DNA from: an uncultured virus (IMG/VR IMGVR_UViG_3300029319_006492)
Lineage: Duplodnaviria; Heunggongvirae; Uroviricota; Caudoviricetes
IMG/VR virus record: IMGVR_UViG_3300029319_006492
Length of the DNA stretch: 64,000 bases
Reading direction: 5' to 3' (one strand)
The notes beneath the pieces were generated by a model. The model ran no database searches and had not been told where the DNA came from. It was given only the letters and a program-made list of their open reading frames with translations. This document shows positions 48,701 through 55,686 of the stretch, piece after piece (the first letter of the stretch is position 1; the number at the start of each line of letters is the position of its first letter). The position numbers and the translations under genes were made by a program.

Positions 48701-51700
48701 ATAAGCATACTCTTGGTAGAAATCTGTAAATTCATCTACTACATTTTTGTTTGTCTGTGTGTTGTAGAACGCAGCTAATCCAGCACTATTACTCTTTTCT
48801 CTAAAGATACCCATGATTGGTGGAATACCACTGTGTGGGCCGAATGCATATGGGAAAGCACCTAAGAATGAGTTCTTGACACCACTAAGCATCAAATCGT
48901 ATGTAGCTTGATAACCATCTGCGTCAGTTACAACACTATCATCCATTCTTGGTAGGTAAACGTGGTGGAAGAAATCTGTATCATGGTTGACTGGTGGCTG
49001 TTCTTGTTCCGCCCTCATTATCTGACATACTATAACTTTAATGTCAAGCTCTGGCTGGAATTCGTGATTTGTGCCGCCGTACCAAGGTGCGGAGAAATAC
49101 TTGTAGAGAATATCATATTTTCTAGCCACGGAAGCTATTTGCTCTATCTTTTTCTTATTGTAATTAAATGAATCTGTAAATATCATCATCGCTACTGGCA
49201 ATCCAGACGATGTTATATCAACAAATTCTCTTGTCCACTTAGCAAACGGCGCTCCAGCTACAACAACCTCTCTGTCGCCACTTGAGCATATGTCTAAGGA
49301 GTAACCTAGCTGTCTGCCTTCTTGACCTATGTTCCACTTTTTACCAGATATAGACCATTGGTCATACCGGATCAAATTTTGCACAGTCGCTTCAACGTAG
49401 TCTTTTCTGTATCCAGACGGAAGCATTAACTTGTCTTCCATAGTCCAAGCTGCTTTTCTTCCGGCTACATCTTCTCCTCTTCTATAAAGGAAGATTGCTC
49501 CAGCGTCATCAATTTGAGACTCTGCCCCGGTTAAGAAGTCTCTAAATGGAACTTGTAACTTAGGGGAGCTTATAGCCATTAAGTCGGTTGCAGTGGCGAC
49601 TGCTCTACCGTACTGGTCTGCTGTATTTCTACCTGAAGGAGGAGTTACGTTTCGTATGTCTTGTGGGTAAGAATCTCCAGCGAGCGGGTAATCGCCTATC
49701 AGTTTGACACCTGAGTAAACTATACTCTGGTCGCAATCAGAGGCGCAGCAACCGCTGGTTCCACCTGCGTCAGCAAAATGTTCTGGTCCACAATGTCCAT
49801 ACTCCCATTCTTCAAACTCTCTAGGTACAGGAATAGATTCTGTATTTCCGGTAACTATATTGAGGGTAGCTTCAAAAGTTGATCCCGGCCTCAACCCAGT
49901 ATATTTTCTAATGCCATAGTAGTTTCCGGAGTAGCCAACCGTGTCGCCAAAGCCGGAAGTGGTTGGATTATTATATGTGGCAGTTGCTCTGAATATACCG
50001 CCTTCTTCGCAAGTCCTCGGTCTCCATACTGTATCGTGGGTGATAACAGCGGGTTCTATCGCTTTGTCCGGACTGTTACCGGTACAAGAGCCAAACCCAA
50101 ATAAGTCAACACCTCTAATTTCGTTTGAAACGGGAACTGCTGCGTACTTGTTATCTTTTTGCTCTATTGAGGTTCCAAAATTATTATTGAACCACATTAG
50201 ATAATCTGACCCCTCACCGCCATAATTAGCCATGAATAGGTTCATTCCAACTAAAGTTCCACCACCCTGCGATGAAACAACACTAGCAGCCTCAGTCTTG
50301 ACATTCAATATATGTAACGGCATAGAGACTCGCACGTCTTGTGGAGTATCTATAAACAAGGTCATTTGTGAAGATGGGAATCTATCTTCTGGTGTGCCAA
50401 AGCCTTGGGTGTATAGGTTTAAGTCGTTAGTTCCAGAACCTTCTATTCCGCCAACCCTTCTGCCTTGAGTGTACAAGTTCAACGGAAGTGGTCTTAATCC
50501 TAAGATACCACTTTCATTGTATCCAGAAACAGCGTATGTAAATAGATCTAAGTATCCACCAGAAGGACGATTCGCCAAATCTAGGTTTTGTATGAACAGA
50601 GGTACTTGGACATTATCAAAACCAAGCACTTTTGGCATAACAAGATTGAACATGCCGCTAGCATCAGAGACAGGTCTCAGTTCGCCAGATATTGCCAAAG
50701 ACATGGACGAATCAGCAACACCTACAGAAATAGTTGTTAGATTTAAGCTTTGTTCAGATTGTAAATTGCCACTAACGTTTAGATTTAAACCAGACCTTGG
50801 AACTAAAGAGCCTTCAGTAAACAGTATGTCTGAGTTAAAGAAGAACTCTCCACCGCCACTAGAGTAAATATTAAATACAGGATTAAGTACGTTTCCACCA
50901 CTAGCAAATATATTCATATTGCCGTTTTTGCTAGTAAACGTGGTATTTACATGATCCATTCTTACATGGGCGCTATGTATATTGACAGTAGACTTGAATG
51001 GTGAGCCAGAGGGGTACACAAGGTCGTACTGCAAGAACATGTCGTCAACATCTTGCGAGAAGTAGCGTTCACCAAAATCTTTGTATCTAGGCTCATCTGG
51101 GAATAATGACCATTGCTCTGACGTGTCGGTAAGTTCATCATAAGAAAACTTACTGCTAAATTGTATTATGTCGCTGGAGGCTGGGATATAGTGAACGTCC
51201 CTGCTTATCAAGCCATGATTCGGTTCGCCAAGATTGCTCCAGTTAGGCTCTTGTCTCTTTGTATAAAGACTAACAATAAGTTTAGGCCCAATGGTATTCT
51301 CAAAAGAATGCCTATGCTCAGTGCAGACAACATTTCTTGTTGGTATACAATCACCCCAACTAATAATATTGTCTGTTTCATGCTCAATAACAGTGTCTAC
51401 AACTAGCGCTTCTTCTGTGAACTTGTAACCTGCGGGAAGACTCTTTGTGATTCTTCTATGTACAGAGTGGAAGTTATCGGCAGTATCAGAGAGATGGAAT
51501 CTTAAGAAGTCATTTTCTATTTGTGTATGGTACGCAACCCCGCTGTCTACAGTTGTAGGCATAGCAAAGTCTGCACGTTGTATGTAACCAGAACCATGAT
51601 GGTTGATATGGAATCCGATTAAATCTCTATTTGTTCTTTTGCCTACTGCGCTACCTAACGACGAGAACGAAGGAGTAAATTCTCTATACTGGAAATCTCC

Positions 51701-54700
51701 GAGTGACCAGTCTACGGTAGTATCTTCGTTGACGTAATCCCATAGTTGATATGTATCTCTAGAGAAGTTTTCTTCTGGTTCAAAGAACTTAGCCCTTATA
51801 CCCTTAAGAAATTCCTCTGCTGTAACCTGCTTGTGCGTTCTGTCTGGATTGACTTCCACAATGTTTGTACCCGAACCATATGGGTAGATGACACTGCCTC
51901 CGCTATTTACTCCGGACTCCCAAGTAGAAATTCCAAAATCAGTAACAAACATATTAAATCCAACACCAGAGCCTTTAGCCCATCCGATGGTTATATTTGG
52001 ATCGTCTATACCCTTGCTTGGGATATGTATTTTTGTGAATGCAGAGGAGGTGGCTCTTAGGTTTGTATGAGCGGGTCCAAGGTCGTTGTCAGTGTATAGC
52101 TTAAGTTTTTGACTTTGGTGATCATTATACGTTAATAGTATAGATAAGGGGTATTGGTAGGCGTGGTACTTTAATGTATCAGAAATTTCTATTACATTCT
52201 CGCTGCCATCCTTAGCGTAAGCTGTTAGGTATCCATTTTTGTATCCAAGTGCAAAGTCTAGGTTATTTGCAAGCTCCCACTTGGAAAGAAGAACGCCTGA
52301 ATTGAATAGGTTGTGATTGATACCGCTGACGTTTTGGTCTGGAGAAAATCTTAAGAATACAGAGAAACCGCCAGAAGTATTTATTATACCTGCGTCGGCA
52401 GTCATGTCAAGATATTTACCCCCAGCCTGACCGGAGACTCTAACGGCGCTATCAAATGCGTCAGCGATCTTACCGTACAGGTCATCGTTTTGGAAATTTA
52501 ACGAACCATTAGAATACGATGTCCAGTCTATGGTTTCGTAAGGAGTTGTGTATCCCGGCAGGTGTTTTTCAAATAATGTTCCTGAGCTAAACCTCCAGCC
52601 GAGATTATTGACAACATCAAACTGGTAATTTCCATTTGTTAGTAATAAATCACATTCATTATGGTCGCCAGAACCCATTAGGTTCAAGCCCTTGTTTCTA
52701 TTCAAGAAGTGGGTTGGACCGCTAGATGCATCCGTATCGTTGAAATCATAATAGCCCAGCTTGAATGGGAAAGGTACATGTGGGTTTTCAAAACCAAAAC
52801 TAAACATATCGACATCAAACGGACCATTGACGGTTCCTGTTTGACCACGCCATCTACGTGAATAGTTTGTTTTTATACTGGATGGTGTAGCATAGGCGTG
52901 TGGTATATTCTCTATGGTTGAGATGGGGCCATATCCAGAACCTGCGTTTAAAATATCGTCATTAGACGATAGTCTACCCGATGGAAATATCTTAGCTTCA
53001 GACCTCCGCTTTCTTATCTTACCTATATCTTCTCCACCCTCAACAGAAAGCATTAGGCCATCCTGTGGAGCTATTCTAACAAGGAGATGTATGTCAGCTA
53101 TACTAGCGCCGCTAGGTATTGGGTAAATGTCTAGATATAAGTTTTCAAACAAAGAACTTACATCGTAATTTTTACTGTACCCTAGTTTTACTCTATCGTC
53201 ATATATAACGAGTGGTACTTCATAATCTTGGAATTCTGTAGAAGATACCACTGGATAAGTTGACAGTGAATAGTGGTCTCCGCCAAGATTGCCGCTGGCT
53301 TCGTAATGTTCATCTTTTTCTGATAAACTTTCTCCACCCAACGCAAAATCATTGCTGTTGTGGTGGAACCCAGATACATATGGGTGAACACCTTCACTTG
53401 CAAAAATAATATTATTAACCTGTACGCCAGATGAATTCTGTAGGAATCCACTTTGTGCGGGGGTGACGTTTAGAAGCTTGTCGTCACTGTAGCCAACAAC
53501 ATCAAACGAAAAGTGTCTAGAAGTTTCAGCTTTTTTAGCTCTAACTTTTAGGGTAACAGAGTCTACAACAAAGTACCCTGCTTTACCGTCAATGTCGTGT
53601 TTGTTTTCTGTGTTGAACGCTCCGCTAGGAGAATACCAAGAATTCGCTGTAGACTGATCAAAGCCAAAATTGAAGGCTCCCCTTGTTACCTCTTTGAGTG
53701 TGTCTGAGCTAGGGGAAAACTTAAGTGTTAATTTTCCGGAATCTAAGTGTGGCCCAGTTGTGTGCAGTGTTGCAAAAGTGTAATCAGAGCCATCCGTAAC
53801 ATTGTATACTATATGCTCTGCTCCACATTCGCTCTCGTTTGTAGTAGAGGTTAGATCATTTGGATACCAAACGCTACTATTAGAAGGCCATATTCCAGTG
53901 TCAAACTTTGCATGAGGCATGAAGGTTGGCACGATCTTTTTCTCTAGCCTTCTACCTTTCTGCGGAACCTCCATGTAAAACGGAAGATAGTTTTCGTATC
54001 TTGGACCCCAGCCCTCACCAAATGCGTATAGGCCGCTGTTGCATATCTCAATCGCAGATATTCTAATGTTCTTAGCAGGATTTATGAGGCTCTGATCTTG
54101 GGTAGACATCGGTGAGCCATCTAGAGCTAAGTAGTCAGTACCACTAGCATACGTTTCATGTAAAAGACTTCTGTCTTCAAAGCCTTCGTCGAACCCATCT
54201 GTGTAGGCTTCGTCTAAAGCATATATCTCAACATTAAATACTATTGTGTAATCCGACTTTTCGTGCATAGACGGATACTCATCTTCCCACTCATAAAACT
54301 CTGTTGTAAAGTTTCTCTTGGGGGCAGAAGAGAATGTTGTGTAATTTACCGTTGGTCTAACATCTTGGTCAGCGTCACCTCTAAAAGTAATGTCGTTGTA
54401 GTGGACGACGGTGTTCCCTGATGGATCAAGTAATTTAATATTACTAAATGTATATTGTGGTGGTGTATTAGATTCATAGTTGCGAAGCGGAGCTGATGCC
54501 CTCATTCTAAATCTAGTATGCTCAGGCTTAACTAAGACATTTGTAACTTTGGCTCTATACTGGAATTCTCCATCTGTTCTAAACGTATTGGGCTGTATAA
54601 AATCTGAGTCATCAGAAATTAATGCGCTATTAGTATTGAACGCCTCGTCGTAATCGCCAACAAATACCCCTTCATCAATGAATTGATAAAGATTGCCTGA

Positions 54701-55675
54701 CTCTTTGTATGGTCCAACAAATTTGCCTTTGTGTAAATCTACTTCAACGTCTTGTATGGGGAAGAGTTTTTGAACACACTCGTAATCCCCGAAGTCACCA
54801 ACGTACTTGTCTATGTTTGTATTTTTTAATTCCGTATCGCCTAGAAGCTGCTGTCTTGCGTTGTGCGTTTGGTGCAATCCTCCCGATGGCATGATAATGT
54901 CGCCGCGACCAGTAAGCGTCGAAGCAGCAAAGAGTTTGGCAGATACAGCAGACTTGTTTATAAAGGCAGAAGCTTGCAGTGTTGCAGAGGCGGCTCTTTT
55001 AGGAACAATGCAGGGGTTTGTAAACTTATCTAATTCTGATATAAAGTGGATAGTGAATAAATTGCTACCCACAACACCGTTGGGAAACTGTGTGTGTAAA
55101 TCGCCGCCAGTAGCCCAAGGGTCTGAATGAATTGGGGCTGAGTTGTCGTTGTGACCCCTTACAAAAACAAGCTCTGCTTCGGCAATAAGACAACCGTCAT
55201 ACGACTCTGCCAATATGGGGCTTGTCCAAAATTCTGGATTAAACTCTCCATTACACTTGTCAGGCCCACCTTGGAATCCAGTTCTAACAACTTTATAATA
55301 ATAGATATTTGACCCGTAGGTTAATACCAGATAGTTGTTGGTTTTAAGATTTTGTGCGATATGATCGTATTCGTCACCGCCAAAGCCACTAGCAAGAAAC
55401 TTAGTTACGTGCGTCTTTTGACCGTCCACATCGCCTTCGTAACTTGGGTTTTCCGACCAAGAAGAAGACGGAATAAATGATGACGGATTTGGTTTGACCG
55501 GGGAGTCTGTGTCAAAGTGCGTACACTCTAAATGCCCAGCACCCAATAGTCCACCTTTTATCATTGCTGGACTGCAAGATAATTTAGCAGATATAGATGC
55601 GCTAGTAGAGGCGGTAGCTTCCGCCTTTTTTACGCAAAAACATTCTAATGCAACTAAGTGTTTTTTAGGTTCCAT
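42782..55675 (-). CDS. Giant 4297-aa virion/adhesin-like protein: LamG-like domain, 7 FG-GAP blades, two GIFT/GATase-like domains, short beta repeats
   Basis: Uninterrupted ORF after a GAGGA RBS. LamG-like FSVFLRF...LLSKW...LLTYN...KLYTD. FG-GAP-like DQYG/QLGYS/DRYG/RLGYS/DLFGFSV/DQFGYSV/DHFGWSV, most followed by GAP/GSP/GTP and GA.Y.F. Confidence 0.75.
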   Translation of the reverse strand: MEPKKHLVALECFCVKKAEATASTSASISAKLSCSPAMIKGGLLGAGHLECTHFDTDSPVKPNPSSFIPSSSWSENPSYEGDVDGQKTHVTKFLASGFGGDEYDHIAQNLKTNNYLVLTYGSNIYYYKVVRTGFQGGPDKCNGEFNPEFWTSPILAESYDGCLIAEAELVFVRGHNDNSAPIHSDPWATGGDLHTQFPNGVVGSNLFTIHFISELDKFTNPCIVPKRAASATLQASAFINKSAVSAKLFAASTLTGRGDIIMPSGGLHQTHNARQQLLGDTELKNTNIDKYVGDFGDYECVQKLFPIQDVEVDLHKGKFVGPYKESGNLYQFIDEGVFVGDYDEAFNTNSALISDDSDFIQPNTFRTDGEFQYRAKVTNVLVKPEHTRFRMRASAPLRNYESNTPPQYTFSNIKLLDPSGNTVVHYNDITFRGDADQDVRPTVNYTTFSSAPKRNFTTEFYEWEDEYPSMHEKSDYTIVFNVEIYALDEAYTDGFDEGFEDRSLLHETYASGTDYLALDGSPMSTQDQSLINPAKNIRISAIEICNSGLYAFGEGWGPRYENYLPFYMEVPQKGRRLEKKIVPTFMPHAKFDTGIWPSNSSVWYPNDLTSTTNESECGAEHIVYNVTDGSDYTFATLHTTGPHLDSGKLTLKFSPSSDTLKEVTRGAFNFGFDQSTANSWYSPSGAFNTENKHDIDGKAGYFVVDSVTLKVRAKKAETSRHFSFDVVGYSDDKLLNVTPAQSGFLQNSSGVQVNNIIFASEGVHPYVSGFHHNSNDFALGGESLSEKDEHYEASGNLGGDHYSLSTYPVVSSTEFQDYEVPLVIYDDRVKLGYSKNYDVSSLFENLYLDIYPIPSGASIADIHLLVRIAPQDGLMLSVEGGEDIGKIRKRRSEAKIFPSGRLSSNDDILNAGSGYGPISTIENIPHAYATPSSIKTNYSRRWRGQTGTVNGPFDVDMFSFGFENPHVPFPFKLGYYDFNDTDASSGPTHFLNRNKGLNLMGSGDHNECDLLLTNGNYQFDVVNNLGWRFSSGTLFEKHLPGYTTPYETIDWTSYSNGSLNFQNDDLYGKIADAFDSAVRVSGQAGGKYLDMTADAGIINTSGGFSVFLRFSPDQNVSGINHNLFNSGVLLSKWELANNLDFALGYKNGYLTAYAKDGSENVIEISDTLKYHAYQYPLSILLTYNDHQSQKLKLYTDNDLGPAHTNLRATSSAFTKIHIPSKGIDDPNITIGWAKGSGVGFNMFVTDFGISTWESGVNSGGSVIYPYGSGTNIVEVNPDRTHKQVTAEEFLKGIRAKFFEPEENFSRDTYQLWDYVNEDTTVDWSLGDFQYREFTPSFSSLGSAVGKRTNRDLIGFHINHHGSGYIQRADFAMPTTVDSGVAYHTQIENDFLRFHLSDTADNFHSVHRRITKSLPAGYKFTEEALVVDTVIEHETDNIISWGDCIPTRNVVCTEHRHSFENTIGPKLIVSLYTKRQEPNWSNLGEPNHGLISRDVHYIPASSDIIQFSSKFSYDELTDTSEQWSLFPDEPRYKDFGERYFSQDVDDMFLQYDLVYPSGSPFKSTVNIHSAHVRMDHVNTTFTSKNGNMNIFASGGNVLNPVFNIYSSGGGEFFFNSDILFTEGSLVPRSGLNLNVSGNLQSEQSLNLTTISVGVADSSMSLAISGELRPVSDASGMFNLVMPKVLGFDNVQVPLFIQNLDLANRPSGGYLDLFTYAVSGYNESGILGLRPLPLNLYTQGRRVGGIEGSGTNDLNLYTQGFGTPEDRFPSSQMTLFIDTPQDVRVSMPLHILNVKTEAASVVSSQGGGTLVGMNLFMANYGGEGSDYLMWFNNNFGTSIEQKDNKYAAVPVSNEIRGVDLFGFGSCTGNSPDKAIEPAVITHDTVWRPRTCEEGGIFRATATYNNPTTSGFGDTVGYSGNYYGIRKYTGLRPGSTFEATLNIVTGNTESIPVPREFEEWEYGHCGPEHFADAGGTSGCCASDCDQSIVYSGVKLIGDYPLAGDSYPQDIRNVTPPSGRNTADQYGRAVATATDLMAISSPKLQVPFRDFLTGAESQIDDAGAIFLYRRGEDVAGRKAAWTMEDKLMLPSGYRKDYVEATVQNLIRYDQWSISGKKWNIGQEGRQLGYSLDICSSGDREVVVAGAPFAKWTREFVDITSSGLPVAMMIFTDSFNYNKKKIEQIASVARKYDILYKYFSAPWYGGTNHEFQPELDIKVIVCQIMRAEQEQPPVNHDTDFFHHVYLPRMDDSVVTDADGYQATYDLMLSGVKNSFLGAFPYAFGPHSGIPPIMGIFREKSNSAGLAAFYNTQTNKNVVDEFTDFYQEYAYASGVIDPEVSGPYNKESGYFNKILEKGESWDQSSIKVLNETLDSGNLIRQDALRYITSGVGQEWAQEGAYEFQIPPSSGGRVYIFEKESGVFNCVQEIKSFSDRASFNFRDDFDDAEIRFGYGIQHNDRYGHDVSISKNSEIISIGSPYTNTPCEIYERDDSETTRVYDNVFNYLNFISSGVEKYNMIFDVSGANIAQRVSYHEMSHDQKFDLRTKYGIELYKPIFNYSARNVKATGTWSFIVNEFCGTSRLGYSTSVSDAGDTVAFGAPTDSTTIFEDHNVWYKSENTWASYTNAGAVRIFESKKIFPHSGVVEFTRFGNLDRTLHPSLVDDGFYDQMGLYFEPDKRPFRRMDFEEIEIPRSAGLAFIITPELDSDSDEIVQNIKDWLALGDRTLVIVGNDPVYEENGVYNDSNIIVNRLLDKLGSRMIIQPADTKYESLPECVSAGDVFNDKWNVTKAFRPEYGHSTLISAPNMFAKGVGDIRINVKKDDLENFIQFSPCDKLNPNVCNLPIKHLGDLRAQWQSECIKTVGDKVLKIEYKTNWPFHFANTNPAQACDDYPESPKPMINRPNQDIVPLLTAAEHLPDTVRVIPASSGTDCERIPCFKFITIPSFTESFEFRDVQDDHVQFSISEDSNSELTGLYNSFTQGGFIDPDPKNERDGFLQGSGELYYGEPKDRRRVLMPDSILALEETHYKLNDNGDPEATNSHAIIMASLLGENSRSFGVTGDDSLPSNNEDENVLFYVNMLATDCEVKGKVLQLGGWTGRTSFKDAYSSDAETQETHVLVDRLNAYNIEVEENFVETDITKDFPDTDPATGTNITTLWIANPLGKPDDLQITKIMNFLSRGNKKIVITYSAIDSDKTQLIAENVDYICSKLNLKSKPFLIPSVGEYFVQQTESVQAGNRSEYPYGDNSFPVQIVNPETIPTTGCRQGYGFYPTHSIEPVDTKVGKFALWAYNIESSSQVDNSFTDYVPISGGGDFRKIISYNDEIFDTVTTVPSYYSIQEQGKIIFPVVKGSGYRMYINWVSETKNDHHELWGTVTPAKFDPNQGDEELGAGDMGGFVVLNNTILRDPDQEVIDFIALDEYIELQIEAQHSKIDPAVEEKNERTLPPFTPRVLSVSGCPLPIDKIVTKKERRRRVPCDPPFTEICTDWYNPEQEFVIPGEFRPIKHESDPYCNPYAPPCPPPSENEDCCPPRNDVEIEDGPVIAAEEFETFSAGVNGNARSRIVVISDSTLLQGQCPQYRADALGENQQFIRSLYPSSPTRQGGDGLDFGGLDLIDTDLQGRQFQFVQKLRAPERGSAAKYYAASGITNTVSPLYYYGGVSDKSKFVDNEDTYDPALVVRQKNPRTPQEIKDKIKEFGETVVPAFGAFPRFSGDFLNIGTNYLLPGEEEPRNWIADARIFGGMPDLMKITDGKDYLDFEYFTSGCPGDLFGFSVDLTEDKLIVGTPFNGFVTDTAISGVSGIVQWHEIQNGPDFSGIELCENGGAGAAFYFERTGSGTNAIAEFLPWEWKQKIKPSSVNVGMIEPSIGVLSSLGDHNLDANFIETHGGRPDQFGYSVAIDADMIAVGAPNHNFESLHDHSVYVSGEFIRKEFGRAFEIAHHVVHDLGSSGVRIDGFANNSGTMVLNNGAVFTFRNHIYDWTTRSKNWIYAEKLYAQGHKDRTAANKFIAALVSGCENDHFGWSVGLNRSERGDSDYTLVAGAPFHDFATSGNHPQSASDATPVNGLDSAGASYTFDAMLREQSPSIPNSGGWIDVEVFGDKPENNNIKTRVYQPTTGQPQRIVVSGELVVNQFGDIFLEVSGYDPSQKGFIAHRPYVESVVGNMLDGTSVADFLKLSIFGQPNSIDNAWPSLVGNEEFNTEFNFDMDSLSHRPSGMSLFIPGPSAVYVYNNGVGHQLLNNTLFTESGGPVTPLTLNIQGITGFGSGTMNLVASASGTANSGTLNLNINSGPPKNNLDLNVRGR

Positions 55676-55686
55676 CTTATCCTCGT

